A stretch of 54,339 nucleotides of DNA, the filler included, from Bipalium vagum (lineage: Eukaryota): the NCBI GenBank assembly GCA_037834085.1. It is 3 parts of 3 records of this genome, joined end to end, with 100 filler letters (N's around TTAATTAATTAA, not from the genome) between each part and the next. Parts side by side here need not be neighbours in the genome. Positions count along the whole stretch, not along the records: positions 34,157 to 54,339 come from JBBMKC010258438.1; 2 more parts are not named here. One strand, 5' to 3'. The notes beneath the pieces are model-generated. The model was not told where the DNA came from and made no database searches. It saw nothing but the letters and a program-made list of their open reading frames with translations. The position numbers and the translations under genes are program-made. Shown piece by piece: positions 39,225-50,699 of the stretch. The first letter of the stretch is position 1, and each line of letters begins with the position of its first letter.

Positions 39225-39386
39225 TCATAAGAATCGTGCTCTTTTCTTCGATTTTTGATCTGCAACTTGGGCAACTTTCGCGACATCGTATAAATTTATT
39301 CTTTGTCGTATGAACAAACCGTCTGCGTAATATAAATGTTTCTTGACTTTTGCATATCTTTTATTAACTTTAAATCTGGGTTGCAT
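39225..39386 (-). CDS. Candidate 53-aa basic microprotein or terminal exon
   Basis: MQPRFKVNKRYAKVKKHLYYADGLFIRQRINLYDVAKVAQVADQKSKKRARFL*; a GC island in AT-rich DNA, preceded by an acceptor-like TAAG, divergent from TFB1M. Confidence 0.4.
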   Translation of the reverse strand: MQPRFKVNKRYAKVKKHLYYADGLFIRQRINLYDVAKVAQVADQKSKKRARFL

Positions 39387-39769
39387 CCTTAGTAATTTAA
39401 ACTTATAACAATATTTTATCCAATTAATATATGAGGATCTAATGACTTATATATTAAAAACAACTGCAATTAGAATGTAATTTTTATTGTACAAGAAATA
39501 CCAGTTTTAAATCCAATGAATTGTCAATTTACAAAACCAATTTTAAATTTTTAAAAAATAATTTATGATTAACTTTCTTTAACTTTCAATTAAAAACAGT
39601 ATTATTTTTCTTTAAAAAAACTAACAATTTTAGCAATATAGAATTTGATTTTTTCTAGAGGTATAGCAATAAAATGATACTATAATTAGTACATGATTTA
39701 CTTTTCAAATATAATTTTAGATTAAAAGACAAGTTTACGATATAATATTTAAATTTAAAAAGTTGCACA

Positions 39770-42191
39770 ATGAAGCATTTATCATACTCTGTTTTAATAT
39801 TCATAATTTTTAATTATTTTAAATATATCTTTTAACAAATACATTATTTTTAGGCACATTTACCGCCTCTTGCAACACTTCATGAATTATTAAGAATATT
39901 GAACATAAAAGCTTGCGGTCAGCTATCCCAAAATTTTTTATTTCAGCCATGGTCAATCAAAGGCCTAGTTAATTGTGCAGGTAACTTAACTGGTGGGAAT
40001 ATTTTAGAAGTTGGTCCTGGACCAGCTGGTATTACTAGATATATATTGGAACAAAAACCAAATCATTTGGCAGTTGTCGAAGTAGATAGTCGGTTTCTAA
40101 TAGGATTAGAACAATTGAAGACAGCAGCTGCAACCGTAAATACCAAAATGGATATTTATCATCAAGTAAATTTATTTCTGTGGTGAATTTCAATTATTTG
40201 GATCATTTAATAAGGACATATTGAAATTTAATTATGACAATATTTTTCCTAACATGAAAAACTATATTCATGCCGATCAAGCTTGGGACTTGAAGGATGT
40301 CGGTGCAAATGAGTCTGAAAATAAAAAACTTCATATCATAGGCAATTTGCCATTTCACATCTCAACTATATTAATATCTCGATTTATGCACGATATATCT
40401 GAGCACAGGGGGTTGTGGGCCTTGGCTAAAGTGCCTCTGACTCTCACTTTTCAGGAAGAAGTAGCCCACAGAATGAGTGCTGAGGTTTTTGATCCAGAAA
40501 GATCTCGACTCTCGATCCTGTGCCAGTCAGTGTGTCAGGTAATACATTATTTAGTTATATTTTGAATTATATTAACAAATTAGTTTAATAAGATATTTCG
40601 CATTTACATCTAGAATTATTTTTTTACATAAATTCAAAATCTCTATCTGAAAAACAAGTAAAATACGTAAATCAATAAGAAATTCATGGAATCTTTTGTC
40701 TTTTTAAGTTATGTGCTATAACAATAATTTTGGAAAAATCTCGAAATAAGGCTGCACTGAGAGCCTAAGAAATTGAGTATTTTGATCTGAATTATTTTCT
40801 TTGAATGAATAAAAAGTCTGTTGTTTTTAAGACTTACAGTATATTCATATTTAAACTGGAAAATTAGATTATGTTATTAGAATGAATTGCATTATTAACA
40901 GTTGCAGGCATGAAGTAATTATGTCAACTTACTGAACAACAAAAGTTACAAAACAATAACAGAACTTTAAGAAATATAAGATTATATAGTTGATATCGAT
41001 TAAGCACATTAGGTGTAGTTCGTATTAAATTTTCCTTTGGGACTTATAATTCTTTTTGTAATTCTCAGTTAAAACAAATATCAACATGGAAACCTGAACA
41101 TTAAACAGGATAACAATTACCGTCATCTAGCCAAATTTATTAATTCTTTTGTGAAGCAGAATGCAATCTTTCTGTTTTTCTTTTATGACGATCACTTTCA
41201 TTTCGGAATACCAAAAATTTACAATAAAGACTCTTATTTAGGTTTCATCCTCTTCCAGGACACCTATGTTTCCTGGCATTGAAAGTTCCTCTCATTTCTA
41301 GTTATTAATTATTCTTGAGGACCTTACAGTCGACCACGAATTTCTTTAGCCATTTCAGCATGCTTATATTCGGCTATAGATTTAATTTTGCAGAATTTCT
41401 ATATTTCATCTAAAATAGTAAAAAAAATGATATTTAAATAAATAAATATTTCATTTTTCGAATATCTGTCATTCTTATGTCTATTAAAGATCTAAGTAAT
41501 TAAATTTTTAATTTAAAATTTTCTGATGTCTGAATTTATAAATCTAGATTTAAGTTATATGTATTATTAAATTATTATTTAATTTATTATAAATTATTAG
41601 TTAAAAACCAAGAAAATAATCCCTGGTACAGCATTTCTTCCAAAGGCAAAAGTAGATTGTGCTGTTGTACATTTAGTACCCCGTCAAGTACCATATATTT
41701 CCGTTCCATATCCGTATCTTGATAAATTTGTCAAAGCGATTTTTCAGTTCAAGTAAGACACTCATTGTAGTTTCATTCCTTTAAAGTTTCTAACTATTTG
41801 AATCAGATCAAAACAAGTATATTTCGGTGTTGAATCCCTGTTTCCCCCTAATCTTTGTAAAATGGCGATACGACTGTTTGCCAAAACTGGGATTGATCCG
41901 AAAAAGTTCCCAATTGAGGTTAGAAAATATTTTTGTATGAGTGTTTTGAATTATTAAAATTTCTTTCAGTTGTGTAACGAAGAGTTCAAAGTTATGACTG
42001 AAGAATATTATGAGATTTGTAAAGAATCTCCGAACGTCTTTATGTACAATTTCCGGAGCAATAAAAATGATATTTCTTATCGAGAACGAAAAAAGATGCA
42101 GCGAATTGTTTTGGATGGAAAAACGCTGAATGCAGATTATATCGAGTCCGAATTGGAAAAGATTTATCAGAATTTTGATACAACCGGGTAA
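39770..42191 (+). CDS. TFB1M: Mitochondrial 12S rRNA dimethyladenosine transferase / transcription factor B1
   Basis: Exons about 39770-39790 (tentative), 39854-40165, 40215-40538, 41601-41752, 41807-41918, 41970-42191. Motifs LPPLATLHELL, QLSQNFL, ILEVGPGPAGITR, HIIGNLPF, LTLTFQEEVA, RSRLSI, IPGTAFLPKAKVD. Confidence 0.95.
41180..41400 (+). mobile_element. Penelope-like RT fragment in a TFB1M intron
   Basis: HFGIPKIYNKDSYLGFIL resembles the PLE motif YGLPKIHKxDxPLRPI; degenerate. Confidence 0.4.
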
Positions 42192-43029
42192 TTAGAAACC
42201 AAGTGAACTTCTGTTAAAAAATCAATATAAAATAGAATTTTGCATGTTTTTAATTTGGAACATTTGTCTGTAATGGTTATCTTTTGGTATAATAATCAGA
42301 AATTGATCATAAATTCTAAGTAGTCTAACATTATAATAGTTTTTAATTTATTAAAAAAACCCACATTGAAACATTATCTATAAAATAAAAAATTAAGGTA
42401 CAGTAAAACTTATACATATGAACAAAAACTGTTTCAAGAAAATTTACCTCTCAAATAGAATTTTCTCAAGAAAAAAGGGACAAAAATTAAAAACGTCAAA
42501 CAAAATTGATCTTAGCATTATTAACTATCTCAGGCGCACAAACGTTGAAATTCCATAAGTTTAAGTTTTGATATGCAGTAAATTTTCCAAATGTTCATTG
42601 ATGAATCAGTGAGAGAATTTTGATTTTGTAGGTCACTTATATTCAATAGATAATTTGAAATATTATTCGGTCAAGTTGCTGAATCAAGGGTTTGGTGTTA
42701 GCTGGTAAGAATTGTAGTTGCTGAAATTTTCAATGTAAGACTTTCAGTTATCAGTGAATACCAGTATATTTTATACTCTATTTTTTTATGAGCATTGATA
42801 AATGTGAAAAACTTACTTTGTCTCCGAAAGGTGGTCTGATGTCAGAATACTTGATATTAAGAGATGCCAAATTTTATTTTTTAATACTTACTCAATGTTG
42901 TCCTTTTTCATTTGTATTTTCTGAATATTAGGCTCAGACCGAAATGTTGTTGGAGTATTATTCAAAATTGTCAATTATCTTTTGCGTTTTAAATTCTTTA
43001 TCAAATTTTTTATCCTTTTGAATATAATC

Positions 43030-45470
43030 ATAATAGCAATAATAATGAAAATGAAATAAATAGTGGATTTTATACGAAATGAATCTGAAAATGTTTTTTA
43101 AATGTTACCGGAGATTGATGAGAGGAATTTCAAATCTGAATAACAATTCTAAGAAAAGATTGAATAATATGATAAGCAAAAACTAACTGATCCTATTTAT
43201 CCGACTTTAAAAGATTATAAATTTATTTACGCAGATGAAGAGTGATTTTCCAATCAGCTTATTAATCAACTAGAAAAATTGAAAATTTTATGAATGAAAT
43301 AAGTTTTAGAAAATTTCTTATCCCATTATAAAAAATTAAAATTTACAAAAATAAATTCTTATTTAAAATTAGGAAGTAACTGTGTAACCGGAATTATTGG
43401 AATTGGATCAGTAATTTTAACAGGAATATCAACTTTAGGAATTGAATTAGTATTTTATATTTATATTGGTAGTGGGATTTTTGGAGATGTAAATGTATCT
43501 ATTTCTGAAACCATTAGTAGAAATATTACTTTTAAGAAACATAAATTTTATAGAGAAATTTGTGAGTCTATAGGAAATTCAATTAACAAACTATATATAA
43601 TTCAGAAAATAAGAAAACCCAAAAAAGAGTTGAAGAGAAAGAATTTTTTTTAATGTTTTCTTATTTTTCATAAAATGAGTGATTTAAATTTAAAATATTT
43701 TGAATTTAAAAAAATTATATTTAGTTGAGATTTACCATCTTTTAAAAATGTAGAAATAGCTTCTCTTAAAGATATTTATGATTTTTTAGAAATAGAATAT
43801 CATTCTATGATACTATGATTTTCTATCGGAAAATTTATAATAAACTGGGGTATGAATTGTACCCCACTACATTTTAATTTTTGATATAAAAAATAAAATA
43901 ATCTATAACAAAATGTAATTAATATTAAAAAATATTGAAGAATTACAAAAAACTAATAACAGTACGAGAAGAATATAATAATAAAATAATAATAACGGAA
44001 GTTACAAAAAGGAATAAAACTAGATATAACTTTATTTCATAAACCAGTTGGAGATAAAATAATTATGGAAATATATATAATGGAAAACATAGCAATATTA
44101 AAAATTTAAAAGAAGTAAAAAATGTTATTAAAAATTAGAAAACATCAACAGAAAAAATAATTAAAATAAAAAATGAAAAAGAAATAGGATAGTTAAAGAA
44201 TAAATTTTAAATGAAAAATAAAATGATTTTCTTGAAAATTAAATGATAATTGATAAACCACCAGGATATACAAACGTTGATTCTAATTTTAAAGACAGTT
44301 TTTTCTTTAAAAATGATCTTCCAAAAATTATTTATACTATAATTGATAAAACCATTTAGTAATAAATAATCAAATTTTTTTAAACATAAAGTGGAGAAAA
44401 AATATTTATTAACAAGATAAGAAATAGTAATTGTAAATAAAAGTTACACCAGATTTTAAATCTTTGCTTATAGGAAAAAAGTATACAAAAGGTATTTTAT
44501 AATAGAGAAGAATAAATAAAATATAACTTTATTGAAATGAAGTAATATTTTTATTTAATGAATGACGCTAAAATTGAAAAAGTTGAAAGAAATTATACAA
44601 TATTATTGTAAAGTAGGTCCAAGATATTTGAAAGAATTAGAAAGCAATCTAGAAATAAAATATTCTAAATTTAATAATCAATTCATATGTCTTCTTGAAT
44701 TACTCAAAAATTGGCAAATTGAATTAACATAATCAAATATAAAAGATATAAAATAGTTAAAAGTAATAATAAAATTGTAAATAATTTAAATTTTTTAAAA
44801 AATGAATTGAAAAAGTTCAGTAATATCTAAATACTATGAACTCTGAAGATTAAATTAAAAAATATTTTGCTCACGATGATTATAAAAACATTTATGAAAA
44901 AATTACACCTATTGTTTCTTTGTTTTTTATTGAAAATCTTTAACAAGAGATATTATAAATTTTAGAAACTTGGAATTTAATTTAACCAAGTTAGGATATT
45001 TAAAGGAGAAAAAAGTTTTTTATTAAAAAGTGAATTTATAATATTATTAATTGCAGATAAAAATGAATACACAATCAACAATGTAATAAATTTTTGAACA
45101 ACAAATAATTATCAAGTTTTCGGATGGTATTATTTTATGGTTGATGGAAAGCCTTTACAGAAAACATCTGTTAAAAGTTATTAGGAATGGACATATATTT
45201 TTAAGTTATAGGAATTTACTTACAAAATATTATTTTGATTATAATTCTGAAGAAAAACATTCAAGTGAATGTAGAGAAATGAGTAATAATATTAAATATA
45301 CATTTTTTTCAAGTCAAATATAATTTTATGAAATTCTATTTTTTCAACGTTATGTAAAAGATGAAGAATTAAAAGAGATAGAAATTTTTATGAAATCATT
45401 TCATCCTAATATACTTTACAACTTTCTAAAGACTTTTCTTTTTTTTATTTTAAAATGAAAAAGAAAATTG
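43030..45470 (+). mobile_element. Decayed Polinton/adintovirus-like segment
   Basis: One frame with three early stops: DPIYPTL...LSHYKKLK..KINSYLKLGSNCVTGIIGIGSVILTGISTLG...KKHKFYREICESIGNSINKLYI, like the Gly-rich membrane ORF (GasderminX type) of adintoviruses. Further unspliced, A-rich, same-strand ORF remnants follow. Confidence 0.5.
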
Positions 45471-45927
45471 ATACAGAAAAAAGAATTTTATTAATCTGTT
45501 TGTTCCGGATTTTATTTTGTTTAAAAGGATTTAAAGTTTTACATGCAATTTTAAATATTTTCCTGTTGTAAATTTATTAAAAGATTTATTATTTGTTATA
45601 ATTTTTGAATATTATCAACTTTATTATCGTTTTAAAATTCTGAATGTTTCTCTTTTATGGGTTATTCTTAAACAAACCGTAATTAAATGAATCGTATACT
45701 GAATTTTAGCGTTTATTCTTTCAATCCATTTATAATTTTTTTCATTGCTTAATTTTTAAAATTTTAACAAAATTTTCTTGGTGAATTTTTTTTTAAAAAC
45801 TTGATGACAAAACTATTACAATTTTAGAAATCGGCAAACTTTTTTTAAAAAAAGAAAATTAAAAAAAACTATTAAAGCACAAAAAATAAAATTAAAAAAA
45901 ATAAAACAAAAAAGCGAAAATTTTATT

Positions 45928-47463
45928 CTAAAAATGATTCTGTTGAGAATTTTGTAGAATTAATCTTGATAAACGGTTCTTTATGGTACCCATCAAATTA
46001 TTTATGATTTCCAATTTTTCGTCATTTTCTTCAATCTCCAGATATTTTTCCTGAATATTTTGTACTAAATTCCTTGATTGACGTAAGTAAACCATTCGGT
46101 CATACTCATTATTATTGATCAAATTGTCCATAGCTTTGACTTGAATGCTCAACAAAAGTAAGGATAGCTTGTTAATGTTCAATAACACATCTAATTCGGT
46201 TTGTAAAGATTGTGTAACTAGAGCTCTTTCTTTCATTACTATGTTTAAATACAACAATTGCAAGTACCGTTGTCCTTTTGAAAACAATTTCAGAGAAGTT
46301 TGATAAAATGTTTTCACCAAGTCTGCTTTTGACATCAAGTAGAATTCAAGACTGTGGTGAAAGTGTTTAACAATTTTATAGACGTTTCTGTTGAAGTTAG
46401 AGAACATATCTTTAAGGACCTTTTTACTATGTTCTTCATCTATCACTAAAATTGTACTATAATGTATACCAGAAGCGTTGTAGGGACAACAGAGAGGACA
46501 ATTTCCTTCAACGATTTTAAATTCATTGATGCATTGAATACAGATTTTATGGTTACATGAAAACGTAAAATAATGACATTCATTATTGGAAATAATTTTG
46601 TTACACAATATACATTTGTTGTCATTTTCCATGTAAAACTCTTTGAACTCGATGTTTACGACCCCAGCAAATAGCACCAGCAAAGACTTGATAAAAGTTA
46701 GCGTTTTACAAAACATATTAAGTGTCACTAAGTATAGTGAAATGGCATATTCTGAATCTTGTAAGAATGAAAGGATATTGTTCTCGGAGTTTAACTCGCT
46801 AATGGACTTGTGGATATCTTTCAAGATCTTCTTTATGAACTCACATAAATTCCTAAAGATGAATAGTTCTAAACAAATCAACCTCATCTTTCTGTATAAA
46901 AAAGTCAATTTTGTAATTGCAGATTCATTTATGTTATGTTTTAGCAACCGTTTTTTTATGTCTATGAATGATTTCTTAATCTTTAAAAGGCATTGAGGAA
47001 TATCATCTATATTGGTGATGTCACAAAGTCTCGATTGGGAAATGAAAGAATACAATTGTTGAATGTCTTGGACTGATACTTTCTCAAGATTTTCTTGTAG
47101 TGTTTTTACTCTGCTTAAAAGTGCTTTGCCAAACTTTTTTTCATTGTTGAAAATGTTTTGTGCAATTGCAAAATAACGCAAAATTTGTTTTAGATATGAC
47201 GTAATGTTTACGTAATATTGGTCTATAAGGAGATTTTGTATGACTGTTTTAAGAGGGACTTGTTTGCAATTCGAAAAATCGTTCTCCATTGGATATTCAA
47301 TAAAGGTGATATGTCCACGATCCAAAGGACAAGAAGGAGTTTCTAAAATCCACAAATTTATGCACTCCACACAAAACTTGTGTCTACAATAATTCAATCT
47401 ACAACATGGTATGGAATTTAAATCTTCATAGCACACAATACATTCAGTTTCATTGAAATTCAT
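45928..47463 (-). CDS. Double-RING finger protein (putative E3 ligase), 511 aa, uninterrupted CDS
   Basis: RING1 CIVC..CRHKFCVEC..W..CPLD (C3HC3D); RING2 CILC..CNHKICIQC..CPLC (C3HC4); each is followed by a long helical region. Confidence 0.88.
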   Translation of the reverse strand: MNFNETECIVCYEDLNSIPCCRLNYCRHKFCVECINLWILETPSCPLDRGHITFIEYPMENDFSNCKQVPLKTVIQNLLIDQYYVNITSYLKQILRYFAIAQNIFNNEKKFGKALLSRVKTLQENLEKVSVQDIQQLYSFISQSRLCDITNIDDIPQCLLKIKKSFIDIKKRLLKHNINESAITKLTFLYRKMRLICLELFIFRNLCEFIKKILKDIHKSISELNSENNILSFLQDSEYAISLYLVTLNMFCKTLTFIKSLLVLFAGVVNIEFKEFYMENDNKCILCNKIISNNECHYFTFSCNHKICIQCINEFKIVEGNCPLCCPYNASGIHYSTILVIDEEHSKKVLKDMFSNFNRNVYKIVKHFHHSLEFYLMSKADLVKTFYQTSLKLFSKGQRYLQLLYLNIVMKERALVTQSLQTELDVLLNINKLSLLLLSIQVKAMDNLINNNEYDRMVYLRQSRNLVQNIQEKYLEIEENDEKLEIINNLMGTIKNRLSRLILQNSQQNHF

Positions 47464-47984
47464 TTTTATTGTTATTTGTATTTTTTAAACTAAATATGCA
47501 CCATTTAATATTATTTTACATTTCCCAGAAACATCATTGGATGAAAATATCATATATTTATAATGTAAACTATTAATTTTATTAGATATTAACATATGAA
47601 ATTAGATAATAATTAGTTTTTTAAAATTTATTAAAATTTAAAATATTTTTTTAATTGCATATTTTTAATCAAATAATATTGCAAAACATATTTAAAATAA
47701 AAATGTCTAATTTAAAAGAGTTCTTAATACTAATAAAATTAAAATTTTTTTATTAAAAATTTATTTATTTTTTAAAATTATTTATTAGTATTTATTTTAC
47801 TCATTATTAGGTAGAAGAATAATGTACAAGATCAAATACAATTCTTAATAAATACTAAAAATTAAAATAATTATATTTATAACTTTATTTGACTAAATGT
47901 AAATATTTACGTTCAAAGTAAAATTAAAAAAAACTTAATTTTAAAATAAAAATTTTAATTTGAAGCCAACACCCAAGCCCCATC

Positions 47985-48165
47985 ATCAAATACCGAATAT
48001 CAAATAAAATAATTTGGAAATAATTTTTTTCAATGTGAAATACCAAATATCGAATAAACATAATTTGGTTTTGATTATTTTTCAATTTTATGAATATCAA
48101 ATATTGCAAAACCACAATGTTGAATACCGAATATGAAATCTGAAATACCGACTTCAAGTCTTACT
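47985..48165. repeat. Transposon end with subterminal AATACCGAATA repeats (hAT-like)
   Basis: Several AATACC(G/A)AATA copies ending ATACCGACTTCAAGTCTTA. Confidence 0.45.
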
Positions 48166-48868
48166 TTTAGCACTAGTATCATTTTTTCCAATTTTTTCAT
48201 TGTTAATTGAGTTTTCATTATTGAGTTTCAAATGAGTTCATTTTTTTACTTATTATATATAAATTTTTAATTTTTAAAATTTTTTTTTATTTAATCAAAT
48301 TTGGTATTGGTTGTTTTAATTTTTCATGAATTTTTATAAATTTCATGAATTTTATAAATTTTTATTTTTATGAATTTTTTAATTTATTAACTCATTTTTT
48401 TACGGTTTATTTTTTTTATTATTATAAAAATGATTGAAACCAGAAAGATCATATACAAAGAGGAGAATCTCACAATAAATGTAATATAAATAATAAAAGT
48501 CAATTAAAAATTTTTTCATTCCATTTTATATTCATAAGGGATTTTGATATGATTTTCATTTATTTTCCAAAGAATTAATGACCAAATATCCATAGTTTTT
48601 ATGTAATAAATATTTCATTTTTAAGAAATCATTGAAATAGATAAAAAATATTTTGAGTTAAATACAACTTTATATTTAAAGGATTTATATCTTAATTTTT
48701 TAGATTTTAAAATATCAAGTTTACATAAAATATTTATGATTATTTAGATATTGAATATTTTATATTTCTATAGGAATAATAACAATAATAATAATTTTTT
48801 CAGAAAACTAAAAAAATATTTATTTATAAAAAACATTTTCGATATTTATTTATTTAAAGTTACTTTTA

Positions 48869-50478
48869 CAAACTTTGACTTCGCCTAACTTTTGTTTCAA
48901 TATTAAAAATTTTTCCTCCTTTTACTTTTTATTTCCATTAATAAAATTTAAATAATGTTTTACTAACTTTATCTCGGCGTGGAGATAAAGTTAGAGTTAA
49001 TGACCTTTTGAATGAAATAGAGTAGAGATTGGTGATCGTAGACCAATTTTTCTTCTATTCACAAAAAGCTGCCCAGAACAAAGAGACAAGAAAAGTTTTT
49101 TTTATTATTTGCGAAGGCAGTTTATAAAAGGCGAAAGTTATTGGTACAGGTTCCAAAGAGAAGATCATTTGTACAGTAATTTCATTTATTTCCAAGTTAT
49201 GATGACGATGTAAACGGATTTAACAATGGAACTCATGGAGTTTGGGAATCACTAAGTGACCTGAAAATGACCTAGAGGAAGTCCCGGGACCCATTGTTGC
49301 TCCTGGTGAGGTTATTCTAGATTTCTTTTAATTTTTTTTAATTCTTACTTTTTTTTCGGCATTCAATGTTGTAGTATTATTCAAAATTTGATATTCAACT
49401 CCATACGAGAAATTATAATTAAAAAAGGCAATGATGGTAAATACCAGAAGCAAATATCCGAGGAATTAGAGATTAATAAAAATTCACTGGTATCTGTTAT
49501 TAATCTTTATAAAAAGGTAAGATTTGTCTACAAAAACTAGGAAACCTAAACATAAAAAATTAACAAGAGAAGCATGCAAATTTATACAGGTTTTTATTTT
49601 ATTGAAGAAAACTGTAGCGTAACTTTAAAAAAAGAGAATCAAAGACAAATTCTGAATTAATGCGACAATTACAACCATTAACAAATCTATCAAAGATATG
49701 CACTATTCATTTTAGAGAGTGGTTTTAGTACCAGAGACTCGGAATACAATTCATTTAATTAAAAAACGCGCACTGCATTGTACACAATACATCATAGAAG
49801 ACGAAAATGCATTTATTTTCGAGGATGAATTAGGTATAAGTTGTTCGACTTGTGTTATGTATGGAAGAAGAATAACAAGTACAACTCTTTGTAAAACATT
49901 AAGAGCGATCCTGTCGAAACACTTGTCCATTTGTGAAGCAATTACAAAAAATGATCTAATATCTTTCGCAGTTTGAGAATCTGTCTACAATGTTGTAGGA
50001 TTTTCCGAATTGTTTTAGGAATAATGTTCTAATGATTACATGAAAAAGGTTTTGGGTATATATGAGGTATACATGTCTTTAATTTCATCTTTCAGGTATA
50101 ATGAATCAGGCAGAGTTATAATGGATGATGCGAGTATTCACAAAAATACAAATCACCATCCATTGTTGAATGAAGAATTAGAATTAAGTGTTTTACTAGC
50201 GTATACACCCCAGCTAAATCCCATCGAGGAAGTTTTTCCAAGTGGAAGTGTATTATAAAACAAAGTAATCCAAGAACAATAAACGAATTAAAAGTAAACA
50301 TTGGTAAGACAGCTGATTTTTAAGTCACCATGATTAATATGGATTCTTTTCGCACGTACGATCTTTTGCCGTAAAAGGAATGAGGGAGAACCATTTTAAT
50401 ACGGAATACAGTACTTTTTTGGATTTTATTTTATTTGGTGTCAGAATAAAGTTTAAACAAGCTAAGTCAAAGTTTGAT
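48869..50478 (+). mobile_element. IS630/Tc1-like (DDxE) DNA transposon, decayed, with both TIRs
   Basis: TIRs CAAACTTTGACTTCGC / GCTAAGTCAAAGTTTG; motifs FIFEDELG, VIMDDASIHK, YTPQLNPIEEVF; N-terminal HTH remnants. Confidence 0.85.
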
Positions 50479-50699
50479 GAATTTAAATCAAAGAATCTTT
50501 GAATACAACAGAATAAGAGTGCCTAGCTGTATCAAGACCCAAAATTTAGGAGTAAGAAGGCAGTCTATAATATTTTCTCAAATTTCTCAATGTTGATTAA
50601 AAACAGTAATAAAACATCAAAAATGTTCAAAATTAAACAGGTCAATACAAGTCAAGAAGCGTTAATAAAAATTTATTAAAATAAATAACATCTGTACAT

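Noticed and set aside
43160-43300. In-frame TGA codons suggesting a variant genetic code
   Set aside because: TAA stops and frameshifts also occur, and intact genes here end in TGA, TAA and TAG; decay is simpler.
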